From the NCBI GenBank assembly GCA_041658645.1, contig JBAZZV010000002.1:35828-99827 (forward strand): a DNA stretch of 64,000 nt. The letters are read 5' to 3'. Position 1 is the first letter of the stretch; every line of letters starts with the position of its first letter. The notes under the pieces are model-generated. The model was not told the DNA's origin. It saw nothing but the letters and a program-made list of their open reading frames with translations, and made no database searches. Origin of the DNA: Candidatus Margulisiibacteriota bacterium. GTDB lineage: Bacteria > Margulisbacteria > WOR-1 > O2-12-FULL-45-9 > XYB2-FULL-48-7. Positions 10,654 through 19,554 of the stretch are shown in pieces. The position numbers and the translations under genes are program-made.

Positions 10654-13600
10654 CTAGACCCCGGCTTCCACCAGGTCATCGACTTCTAAGAATCCATTGG
10701 CGGGGCGTGCTTCTTTCTTCTTTTCGTCACGGCCGCGGCCGCTGTCACCGAAGACGCGCGCCGCGATCGGGTTTTCCGGCCTTACGGCCGGCACCTGGCG
10801 GTTGGTTGACGGGGCCTCGGCTTTTTTCTCTTTGGTTTCACGTTTGACGGCGGGAACGTTTGTCTCGGCCGCCTGCACTTCGACTTTGGCCAGGACCACC
10901 GGAGCCGGCTGTTTGATAATTGGAGCCGGGGCTGGCGCTATTATCGGTTGAGCATCTTTCACTACCGTATCAACATTTCTGCCGACCTGGGAATGAGGCG
11001 TTCGGTCAGCGATAGCTGCGTTGGTGGTTTTGAGAACATGCGCCTGGACCGGCGCTTCCTCACGCGCCCTATCGATCAACAGCCGGTACTCATTGATCTC
11101 TTTAAGCTCGGCTTTGGCCGAGCGGTTTTCGAGCTCGCTCACCAGGGTGCCGATCTGCCGCGACAGCTCTTTCCTCTCCGCCTTGATCGCTTCCTGCCTG
11201 GCTCGCAGAACGGCGATCTGTTGATTGATATCTTTGATCTCTTCGACACAGGTAGCCCCGCCCTTCGCTTTCTGAAGGCCATTGATTTTCGCCGTTAACT
11301 CGCTTTCTTCTTTGTTCAATTTTTCTCTTTCATGCAGCTTAACGATAACGGCATCCTTGATCTGAGATGAAGTTAATTTCTTGATGTCATGAACGCCGTT
11401 CAGATCGATCGCCGCGGTCCTGACAAAATTATCGCCCTTAGCCTGTACCGTCCGTTCCAGTTTAGCGATTTGTTGTAATAACGGCTGGGTCGCTCTTTCC
11501 GGCGCCTGCTGCCCCGGCGGCTGAATCGGAGCGGCACTGGGATTATTATTCACAGCCGGTGAAGGCACATATTTATCAACCGGCGGTTTCTGCTCCGTAT
11601 CAGTGAGCTGTGCGGTCCGCGGCGGCTCATTGGCGCTTTTCGCCCGCTTAACAGCGAAATCTTTTATGATCAGCTTTTCACCCGGCTTTTTCTTCTTATC
11701 AAATTCTTTGGCGATCAAGCCTGATATTTTTTCATAAGCTTTTATCTCATTCTTGAGCTGTGAGTTTCTTGTTCCTAAGTCAGCGCTCCTGCTTTCCAAA
11801 TTCACTTGGTTCGTTTTGATCTCTTGTTTAACCTCATCAGGCAGGCCGACAATTTTTAAGCTTTTCGCATTATCCGCCAGTTGCAATTTGATTTGTCCCA
11901 GCTCAACATTGTTTTCGTTGATCTCGGCACTGCGCGGCGTCCAGTCTTCCCGGCGCAGTTTGTCATAAGCCGCCTGAAGCTGTGTAGTATTCATATCCTT
12001 GATTGGTATACCGCCAGCCGATTTGACGACTGATTGCTCCATCTGCTTTTCTGCTAAAGAAAGCGTAGCTGATTCTTGTATCTTCTCGGTCTCATTAATA
12101 TTGGTAGACTTAGCCGCAATTGATTTTTCTATTTCGTTGGCACGGTCAAGATCGCCTTTGCTGTTTTTTGTCGCCGGCTTGTTAGCCGCCGCCTCATTTA
12201 ATAAAGATGCCGCCTGCGGGAGATTGCCGTTCATAGCCGCCGCCACAACCGCACTGGCGGCTGCCTGCGCCTGTTTCAACATTTCCGGATCAATTTGCGT
12301 TTGGTCTAACGGTATTCTATCGATCGTCGGCATGATAGTATCCGCCACTGCGGTCGGCGGCTGTACTGATGGCGCCGGCTGATTGGCGTTGCTCTCGACT
12401 GGCAGTGGCGGAGGTGTGCTTTTTGCCATATCTCTCCCCCAACCAAGCGCATTGACACTGTCATTGATCAGGCCGATAACGAATTTGTTGAAGTCGGCCG
12501 CTATCTTGCGCGCCGCTTCCAACTCGTCCATGCTCAATTCATTTTCGGCCGTAACTTGCTGAAAGCTCGCCTTCTCATTCTCTATTTTGTTGAGCGAGTT
12601 TACGGTACTATTATTCGTGTTTTCATCGTATTTTACCGGCTGGACCTGTTTGGCGTTATCGCCTTTATTGCTGTTGGCCGCGTCGTAGGCCTTTTCAATT
12701 ATGAACGACAGCATATTGTTGGAAACAAGGACTTTGGTCAGGATCGCGGCAATATCTCCGTAACCGATCTTGCCGTCCCAGTTCTCACCGAAGATATTGG
12801 CGACTTTCGCGTCTTTGATCACTTCGATCGGCTTGGCGTTAGAACTGCCGCCCGCCTTTTCCACCAGCTTATCAACCTTTTCTTTGATAAAGTTATAAAC
12901 AGGTTTCATAAGTTTGCCGTCACTATATTGATTCAGCGCCATGAATGTGCTCAAGGCCGAAGTCCCGATCGTGACATACATTTTTTTCGTCAGGTCGTTC
13001 AGCTCGTTCATCCGGTGGGCCAGCTCCTTCACCCGCTGGAAGAGGAGTTTTAAAGTATTGAGAGAGGCGTCGCGCTTATCGTACATCGCCTGGCTAAGCG
13101 GGTCCTGGGCCAGTGAAGTATTGCCAAGCTTGGCAAAGATCCGGTTCTGCGCCTGTTTGACGATGGCCAGAGCCAGATAAATGTTATAGAGATTGCTGAT
13201 CTTGGTCTGCATGGCGTAATAAACTCCGGCATTAGGCGCCACGTAGCCGCCGCCGACCCCCTGAAGCATCCCCCGGTTCATCTGCTGGAGGGCGTCGCGC
13301 TCGCTAGCGGTGATCTGGCTGTCAAACTGGTTAGAGGTGTTCTTGTAAACATTGTCGAGCATCAGCTCAAGATCGCGCTGGCTATCGAGACCGCCAAGCC
13401 CCTGGTGTTGATCATAGATCGCAAAGGCGAGATTGGTACCGATATGTCCGAGTTTTGTCCCCAGCTGGGCTAAGCTGAAAGCACTGTGGAGGGCGGTTCC
13501 GGCTTTGGTCGCCGCGCCGCCGCCCGCGCTGGCCGCTTCCAAGGCGCCGAAAGCCACATCCACCCAGCCGCGCTCGATCGCTTTATCCTGCTCCCGCTTC

Positions 13601-16600
13601 CGGTTATGGACCTGGATCCGGTCGGAAATATAATCTTGTTTGTCGTTAAGAGTGCGGACTTTGACCCGGTGCTGTTCGCTGAACGAGTTGTGCAAGATCT
13701 GCATGTTCGGGTCGTTCAGCCCGACGCCGCTGAAGTTGGCCAGCTGGTTCTGATACTCGGCCAGCATCGCTTCGTAAACCATCAGGAGCGCCATCTCGAC
13801 AAATCTTAGTTTGGTCAAGTTATCCCGGGCGGCCGCTAGCGAAGCGACATCGGTGCCCCATTTGCCGTCACCCGCGCTGACGTGGTTGTTTTCGTTCAGC
13901 CCATCAATGATCTCCTGTCTTTCGCGGTCGATCTTATCAAATACAGTTTTGCCGGTCGTCTTATTAGGATAGAAAGTGTCTTCACCGGGCAGTCTCTTGT
14001 CGTCAACCGGGTGGCCTTGCTCATACGCCAAACTGCCGACCCCGGCGCCCAGGGTCGCCATTCCGCCGGCGAAACCGATAATGACCAACGGCGTGGCCGC
14101 GCCCCAGGTCGCGATAATAGCTATAGCGGCGATCGCCAGACCGATCGTGGTTCCCCAGGCCTTATAAGCCATTGATTCCAATTCCCGATTCCAGGCATTC
14201 AGGCGGTTATGCTCCCTCACTTTATTCTCTATCCCGGACAGTTTGAGCTCAAACCCGAGTTCCTGGGAACGGAAGGTTTCTTCCGCCGCTTCAACGTGGG
14301 AGCTGTCGATCGTCATCAGCGGTTTTTCCAGCCACATGGAGAGGATGTACTTTACCGTCCTGATCTGGGAGAGACCGACCATGGCGATCGCCCGCATCAG
14401 GTTATGGAGACCTTCGAGCCGGGCCCGAATGTCGGCCACCCCTTTTTCATTCAGGTGCTGGAAGCCGTCGTCTTTATTGATGATGATACCGTCATTCAAG
14501 CCGCTGGCGACCAATTCCCAGCCGAGCTCTTCCGCCTTCTGCATGGCCATGCTCGCCTGTATGTTCGGGTCGCCGCCGGAGACCATGTACTGGGCATTGC
14601 CAACGTGATCTTGGCCCATTTGCCGCAAGATCGCGTAAACGTTATCCATATTCACCTGGGTCGGGGCATAAGTCCGGGAAAGCTTGGAATCAAGCATACA
14701 GCCGGTAAAGTAATCGTTGAGCGCGGTAAAGGGATAAGCGAGGAGAAAGCCGCCGCTAATAGTGCCGGCATAAACCGAAGTCAGCATCGCCTCCGCTTTC
14801 TGCGCTTCCACGAACGCGTCAACCATAGTATTGTGCGAGCTGACCATCCCCACCATGGAATTGATCATGATCGAGAAAAGTTCAAGCTCGAATTTTTGGA
14901 GATCGGCCAGCATCTGGTCAAAAAGCTTGAAGTAACCTTCCCCGACCTTGACCCCGGTCATTATATAAAGAATATCGTTTTTCGCCTGTTCGATCGCTTC
15001 TTTGACAATGTAATAAGCCCGCTCAATGTTATTGAGGCCGACCAGGCGCATCCGGGCCGCCAGGATCTTGTCGCGGTCGATGTCCCACTTCGGCGGCGGG
15101 TCGCCCCCCCCGCCTCCGTTAAGGCCGAAGGCGCCGCCGATACTGGCGGCTTCAGGCGAAAGGGCGATCGCGACGATATTGTCGCCGTTAACGCCGTTGG
15201 CGCCCGCGTAGGCGAGCGCTGAATTAGGAGCAAAGATCGAACCCAGGATATAGGCACCCGCCCCGGTTCCACCCTCCCCGTCTGACTCGATGTCGGTCTG
15301 CACCATATTTCCGCTGTTGATGCCGCCCCAGCCGGTTGACGTATCGCCGAACCAAAGCTTCTTCTTGCCATCAGCCACCGGACTGCCCGCGTTCTCTTCT
15401 TCTTGAATATGCTTGATTATTTTGAGGATGGCTTCTTCCAGGATCCGTTCTCTTGCCGCGTCAAAATCCGCCTTCTCCCTTTCGATGTTCGCCTGGCGTT
15501 CTTTTAAATTCGCGTCATATTCCCGCTTGCTGATCTCACCGCCGCTAAAGACATCGCCCAAACCATCGAAGGCAAATTCTTTGAAGACGGTCTTGAAGCC
15601 GAACCATTCGCCGCTCAGCTCATTGAAGCCCGCTTTCATCTGGTCCCAGTCACCGGTAAACATCCCTTCAAAAAAGTCGCCCGCCCCTTCAACGAAGTTC
15701 TCAACCGAATTAGTAAAAGAATCCCACCAACCCGATTCTTCTTCCGCCCTTCTCTTGGCTTCCGCCACTTTGGCCCTATAAACAGCGTTATTAAAGTCTT
15801 CGATCTTTTCCCTCAATTGCATTTCGATCAACTGGACCTTCTGCAAAGCGGTCTGCCGCATTGACGTCACCAATTCGGCCAGCGACAGGTCGGAATCCCG
15901 GCTCGTAAGATCATTATCGTAAAGCATCTGGTACATCGCGCGCCAAACGTTCCGTTTGCCTTCGGCGACCGTCGCCAAAGCGGTCATGATGTTCCAGAGC
16001 TTCATCAGTTCCTCATAGTCCTTTTGCAGGTCCGGCGACTCGCCGGCATAACTGCTGTTATAGGTCGGATCATTGATGTTCCCGTCAACATAGCCGCCGT
16101 GGTCGATCTTGTCTTGTATCTCTTTCTGTTTGGCTTCGATCATCGCGTCAACCGAATAGGCGGCGTCAACCGTCGGATCGCCGGAACCGGTGCCGCCGGG
16201 CGTGGCCGGAATATGATCATCTTCAGTCCCGTCACCCGGAGGCGGTGGTGGTGGCGGCGGCTCGTCCGGCGTCGGCGGCGGCGCATCCGGAGCCGGCGCG
16301 GTTAAAGTTGAGAATATCTGGTTGCATTTGGCGGTGAGGTTGTCGATATAAAAGTTGGTATATAAACTGGTCGTGGTCATATTCGACGGGGCGAACAGCC
16401 GGTCGACTTCCGCCAATATATAATTACCTTTGTCTTTTTTGGCTTCGATCACCGTCGACTGAATTGCCGATGCCTGCTGTTTGAAAGAGTTGTTGATCGA
16501 GGCATTGATCCCGAACGATTCCTGCGGCTTGAAGGAAATATCGTCGACCAGCAAAAACTCGGAAACCGCGTTCGGATTGATATCCTCGCGGATCTCCTCT

Positions 16601-16647
16601 GAATGGATTTTTGGCTGATTGTTTATCTGGGTAATATTGCTTTGCAT
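10654..16647 (-). CDS. Giant uncharacterised membrane-anchored protein 2, about 1,997 aa from ATG 16647. The ORF is open to a TTG at 16749. The N-terminal region is followed by two TM helices at about nt 14030-14170, then a long coiled-coil and proline-rich C-terminal region (PPPPPPPP; PAPAPIIKQPAPVV).
   Basis: Long ORF. The upstream TTG start at 16749 has no RBS (CCTCC precedes it). ATG 16647 (MQSNITQ) is preceded by the sigma-28-like promoter motif at 16654-16686. TM segment: GTTIGLAIAAIAIIATWGAATPLVIIGFAGGMATLGAGVG. Confidence 0.75.
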   Translation of the reverse strand: MQSNITQINNQPKIHSEEIREDINPNAVSEFLLVDDISFKPQESFGINASINNSFKQQASAIQSTVIEAKKDKGNYILAEVDRLFAPSNMTTTSLYTNFYIDNLTAKCNQIFSTLTAPAPDAPPPTPDEPPPPPPPPGDGTEDDHIPATPGGTGSGDPTVDAAYSVDAMIEAKQKEIQDKIDHGGYVDGNINDPTYNSSYAGESPDLQKDYEELMKLWNIMTALATVAEGKRNVWRAMYQMLYDNDLTSRDSDLSLAELVTSMRQTALQKVQLIEMQLREKIEDFNNAVYRAKVAEAKRRAEEESGWWDSFTNSVENFVEGAGDFFEGMFTGDWDQMKAGFNELSGEWFGFKTVFKEFAFDGLGDVFSGGEISKREYDANLKERQANIEREKADFDAARERILEEAILKIIKHIQEEENAGSPVADGKKKLWFGDTSTGWGGINSGNMVQTDIESDGEGGTGAGAYILGSIFAPNSALAYAGANGVNGDNIVAIALSPEAASIGGAFGLNGGGGGDPPPKWDIDRDKILAARMRLVGLNNIERAYYIVKEAIEQAKNDILYIMTGVKVGEGYFKLFDQMLADLQKFELELFSIMINSMVGMVSSHNTMVDAFVEAQKAEAMLTSVYAGTISGGFLLAYPFTALNDYFTGCMLDSKLSRTYAPTQVNMDNVYAILRQMGQDHVGNAQYMVSGGDPNIQASMAMQKAEELGWELVASGLNDGIIINKDDGFQHLNEKGVADIRARLEGLHNLMRAIAMVGLSQIRTVKYILSMWLEKPLMTIDSSHVEAAEETFRSQELGFELKLSGIENKVREHNRLNAWNRELESMAYKAWGTTIGLAIAAIAIIATWGAATPLVIIGFAGGMATLGAGVGSLAYEQGHPVDDKRLPGEDTFYPNKTTGKTVFDKIDRERQEIIDGLNENNHVSAGDGKWGTDVASLAAARDNLTKLRFVEMALLMVYEAMLAEYQNQLANFSGVGLNDPNMQILHNSFSEQHRVKVRTLNDKQDYISDRIQVHNRKREQDKAIERGWVDVAFGALEAASAGGGAATKAGTALHSAFSLAQLGTKLGHIGTNLAFAIYDQHQGLGGLDSQRDLELMLDNVYKNTSNQFDSQITASERDALQQMNRGMLQGVGGGYVAPNAGVYYAMQTKISNLYNIYLALAIVKQAQNRIFAKLGNTSLAQDPLSQAMYDKRDASLNTLKLLFQRVKELAHRMNELNDLTKKMYVTIGTSALSTFMALNQYSDGKLMKPVYNFIKEKVDKLVEKAGGSSNAKPIEVIKDAKVANIFGENWDGKIGYGDIAAILTKVLVSNNMLSFIIEKAYDAANSNKGDNAKQVQPVKYDENTNNSTVNSLNKIENEKASFQQVTAENELSMDELEAARKIAADFNKFVIGLINDSVNALGWGRDMAKSTPPPLPVESNANQPAPSVQPPTAVADTIMPTIDRIPLDQTQIDPEMLKQAQAAASAVVAAAMNGNLPQAASLLNEAAANKPATKNSKGDLDRANEIEKSIAAKSTNINETEKIQESATLSLAEKQMEQSVVKSAGGIPIKDMNTTQLQAAYDKLRREDWTPRSAEINENNVELGQIKLQLADNAKSLKIVGLPDEVKQEIKTNQVNLESRSADLGTRNSQLKNEIKAYEKISGLIAKEFDKKKKPGEKLIIKDFAVKRAKSANEPPRTAQLTDTEQKPPVDKYVPSPAVNNNPSAAPIQPPGQQAPERATQPLLQQIAKLERTVQAKGDNFVRTAAIDLNGVHDIKKLTSSQIKDAVIVKLHEREKLNKEESELTAKINGLQKAKGGATCVEEIKDINQQIAVLRARQEAIKAERKELSRQIGTLVSELENRSAKAELKEINEYRLLIDRAREEAPVQAHVLKTTNAAIADRTPHSQVGRNVDTVVKDAQPIIAPAPAPIIKQPAPVVLAKVEVQAAETNVPAVKRETKEKKAEAPSTNRQVPAVRPENPIAARVFGDSGRGRDEKKKEARPANGFLEVDDLVEAGV

Positions 16648-16653
16648 CTCTAT

Positions 16654-16686
16654 ATATCTATCGTGGTTTGGGGTCAAAAACTTGCA
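16654..16686 (-). promoter_or_regulatory. Sigma-28-like promoter motif: TGCAAGTTTTT-N12-CGATAGATAT, immediately upstream of the ATG (16647) of giant gene 2.
   Basis: Same bipartite motif. It argues for the 16647 start rather than TTG 16749. Confidence 0.5.
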
Positions 16687-16815
16687 TGGAGGGAGGCCTA
16701 TTTTTAGTGGGTATGAAGCCAAAAATATGATATTTTCGAATGCTATCAACCAGGGAGGATGGACGTCAGCTAATTAAGGCCTGTATTAATAAACCACGGA
16801 GGCTAGATTTTTACG

Positions 16816-18627
16816 TCAGCGGTTTAAGCCTAGTTCTCTGGCTCGCTTAAAACACCTTTCAGCTTCGTCTGCTTTTCCTTGCTTTTTAAATACATTCCCC
16901 TTACCATTCCAGGCATCGGCTTCATTAGGATTAATCTCTATGGCTTTATTATAAGCCATAATTGCTTCATCTAATTTCCCCTGGCCGGCAAAAACATCTC
17001 CTTTATGAAACCAGGCACGAGCAAGATTAGGATCAATGTCCAATGCTTTATTAAGAGCTTCAAGTGCTTCAGTTAATTTCCCTTGCTTTTTAAGCACAGC
17101 TCCTTTGTTGCCCCAGGCATTAGCATAATTAGGATTAATTTGTAATGCTCTATTGCAGGAGTCAAGTGCTTCAGACATTTTCCCTTGCTTATAAAGTGCA
17201 ACTCCTTTATTGCTCCAGGCATTAGCATTGTTGGGATTAATTTGCAATGCTTTATTGTAAGCTTCAAGCGCCTCATTTAATTTCCCTTGGTCAGCAAGCA
17301 CAGCACCTTTATTATTCCAGGCACTATCATTATTAGGATTAATTTGCAATGCTTTATTGTAAGCTTCAAGTGCTTCAGACATTTTTCCTTGTTTATAAAG
17401 CACAACTCCTTTACTATTCCAAACAACATCAAGATTAGGATTAATTATTAGGGCTTTATCGTAAGCCATAAGTGCTTCAGTTAATTTACCTTGATTTTCA
17501 AGCACAACTCCCTTATTGCTCCAAATAACCGCATCGTGAGGATTAATTTCCAAAGCCCTGTTGTAAGCCTCAAGCGCTTCAGTTAATTTCCCCTGTCTGG
17601 CAAGTACAGTTCCTTTACCTTGCCAAGCGATCGCATAATTAGGATTAATTTCTAAAGCTTTGTTGTAAGCTCCTAGTGCTTCATTTAAGTTCCCTTGATT
17701 ACGAAGCGCAGCTCCTTTATTGTTCCAGGCGACAGCATAATTTGGATTAATTTGCAGTGCTTTATTATAAGCTTCAAGTGCCTCATTTAATTTCCCTTGG
17801 CCATAAAGCACCTCTCCTTTACCGACCCAAGCAACAGCATAATTGGAATTAATCTCTAGAGCATTATCGTAGGCCGCAAGCGCCCCATCCAATCCCCCTT
17901 GTTTGTAAAGTACATCTCCAATATTCTTCCAGATGACAGGATCACCAGGATTGATTCCCCATGCCCGCTTATAAGCTTCAAGCGCTTTATCTAATTTTCC
18001 TTGTTTTTCAAACACCATTCCTTTACCGTTCCAGGCATTATCATTTTGGGGCCTAATTTGCAATTCCCTATTGTAGGCATCAAGCGCTTCATCTAATCTC
18101 CCTAAAGCATAAAGCACATCTCCCTTCCTTTGCCAGGGAGTAGGACTATCGGGAGAATTAAATTCCGGCCAAGGGGTAACAAAAAAAGGGTAAAGTTCCA
18201 ATGCTGTATTGTAAGCCGCAAGTGCTTCATCTAATCTCCCTAAAGCATGAAGCACATTTCCTTTATGCTCCCAAGCCATTGCATGATTGTCATTCCAGTT
18301 AGGATTATTTTTTAAGGCGTAAATTTTCAGCGCTCTATTATAAGCTTCAAGTGCTTCATCTAATTTCTCTTGTTTCTTAAGTACAACACCTATATTGCTC
18401 CAGATGTCAGGATCATCAGGATTGATCTTTAATGCCTGCTTATAAGCTTCAAGCGCCTCATTAAATTTCCCCTGCTGTGAAAGTGCATTACCTCTATTGT
18501 TCCAGGCATTAATACTGGGAGAGCACCCACTCCCAAGACTTAAAACTCCCAAAGAAAAAACTGCGGCTCGTGCGGCTGTGCGCACCTGTTTTGGCAACAT
18601 TCTTACTCCTAATATTCCTCGTATCAT
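16816..18627 (-). CDS. TPR-repeat lipoprotein (603 aa, about 15 consecutive 34-aa TPR units). It has a signal peptide with a lipobox.
   Basis: N-terminus: MIRGILGVRMLPKQVRTAARAAVFSLGVLSLGSGC (lipobox LGSGC). Repeated W-x-x-KG-x-x-L-x-x-QGK-x-x-EA-x-x-AYNKAL-x-INPN units. A GGAGG RBS lies 9 nt upstream. Confidence 0.85.
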   Translation of the reverse strand: MIRGILGVRMLPKQVRTAARAAVFSLGVLSLGSGCSPSINAWNNRGNALSQQGKFNEALEAYKQALKINPDDPDIWSNIGVVLKKQEKLDEALEAYNRALKIYALKNNPNWNDNHAMAWEHKGNVLHALGRLDEALAAYNTALELYPFFVTPWPEFNSPDSPTPWQRKGDVLYALGRLDEALDAYNRELQIRPQNDNAWNGKGMVFEKQGKLDKALEAYKRAWGINPGDPVIWKNIGDVLYKQGGLDGALAAYDNALEINSNYAVAWVGKGEVLYGQGKLNEALEAYNKALQINPNYAVAWNNKGAALRNQGNLNEALGAYNKALEINPNYAIAWQGKGTVLARQGKLTEALEAYNRALEINPHDAVIWSNKGVVLENQGKLTEALMAYDKALIINPNLDVVWNSKGVVLYKQGKMSEALEAYNKALQINPNNDSAWNNKGAVLADQGKLNEALEAYNKALQINPNNANAWSNKGVALYKQGKMSEALDSCNRALQINPNYANAWGNKGAVLKKQGKLTEALEALNKALDIDPNLARAWFHKGDVFAGQGKLDEAIMAYNKAIEINPNEADAWNGKGNVFKKQGKADEAERCFKRARELGLNR

Positions 18628-18644
18628 TTTATTTACCTCCCATT

Positions 18645-18676
18645 TTTTTATCGGTTACTGTCAGTTTCCTCGCACC
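18645..18676 (-). promoter_or_regulatory. Weaker variant of the same motif upstream of the TPR lipoprotein gene: TGCGAG...N...CCGATAAAAA.
   Basis: The -10 part (CCGATAAA) is good. The -35-like part is diverged. Confidence 0.35.
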
Positions 18677-18683
18677 TTTCATC

Positions 18684-18725
18684 GGTTTGGAAACCGTCCG
18701 CCTCAGGCGGACAGGTTTCCAAACC
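18684..18725. promoter_or_regulatory. 19-20-bp inverted repeat stem-loop (ggtttggaaaccgtccgcc-tca-ggcggacaggtttccaaacc) in the 338-bp non-coding gap between the gene block and the TPR gene.
   Basis: Read directly. There is one bulge and no U-tract, so it is not a canonical terminator. It abuts the TPR gene promoter. Confidence 0.5.
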
Positions 18726-18965
18726 CCTATTCAACTTTCTCTCACAAGTGATTATCATTGGCTTCTGTGGTAAATTTCACGTGATTTTTTTAAATGCGGG
18801 CAAATGGGGTTTGATTGGAAGAAAGCGGTAACGCTTATTCAAAAACTGGATCAGACCGTTTTTACCCTCCCGCTTGCTAACTCACCCCCAACTGTGGCTA
18901 TCAGGAAATCAGAGGATCAGCAAAAAGGATTTCAGGGTAACAGAAATCACACCTATTTTAACTAT

Positions 18966-19286
18966 CTATTTTTTTTCATCAACGTTCTGGCCCAAGCTGC
19001 CTGTGGGAGGGACAAAAGGCTTCCCCGTAGTTCCTGGAGCTGCTCCCTTTGCCGGAGGTTGATCTGTCCCCGGAGTCCCGCTTGGCTGTTTTGGAGGATT
19101 GGCCTCTAACGCCGGCAACGGCCCTTCCCCCGGTTTAGGAGCAAAATGACTGCCAATTGCCCCAGCTAACTGTCCCATGCCGGTGCGAATATCTTGTTGT
19201 GCGCCCGTAATATTCTGTCCCCTTGATTGCCCTGCCTGGGCTCTAAAATTCTTTCCGCCGGTATCACCTAAAGTCGTATAAAGCAT
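18966..19286 (-). CDS. Small Gly/Pro-rich hypothetical protein (106 aa).
   Basis: ORF with an AAGGAGATG RBS. It is part of the co-directional tightly spaced block. Composition is low-complexity, so confidence is moderate. Confidence 0.5.
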   Translation of the reverse strand: MLYTTLGDTGGKNFRAQAGQSRGQNITGAQQDIRTGMGQLAGAIGSHFAPKPGEGPLPALEANPPKQPSGTPGTDQPPAKGAAPGTTGKPFVPPTGSLGQNVDEKK

Positions 19287-19311
19287 TTAAAACATCTCCT
19301 TATCTTTAGCA

Positions 19312-19554
19312 TTACCCTTTGGGATTGGAAGGGGTGTATCTGTCTGGTTGGTCAGCCGGTTTTTCATCCGACTGTGTCGGTAGCATCCTGCCTTTCTCTT
19401 TCCCGCTAGCCTTGTTCCCAACATAACCGGCCAGCCGCTGGGCGGCTGGATCATCAAAAAACGCCGTAGTAAGTTGTTTACCAGGACCGGCCGCGGCCGG
19501 TGTCCACGAGCCGCCGATATAAGTATCTGTATTAATTCCTGCCGCGTATCCCAT
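19312..19554 (-). CDS. Small hypothetical protein (80 aa).
   Basis: ORF whose start overlaps the stop of the upstream gene by 1 nt (translational coupling). No recognisable domain. Confidence 0.45.
   Translation of the reverse strand: MGYAAGINTDTYIGGSWTPAAAGPGKQLTTAFFDDPAAQRLAGYVGNKASGKEKGRMLPTQSDEKPADQPDRYTPSNPKG

Noticed and set aside
16648-16749. A TTG start at 16749 for giant gene 2, giving 2,031 aa.
   Set aside because: There is no purine-rich RBS (CCTCC precedes it). The conserved sigma-28-like promoter would then lie inside the ORF. ATG 16647 is preferred, although the ORF is open between the two.
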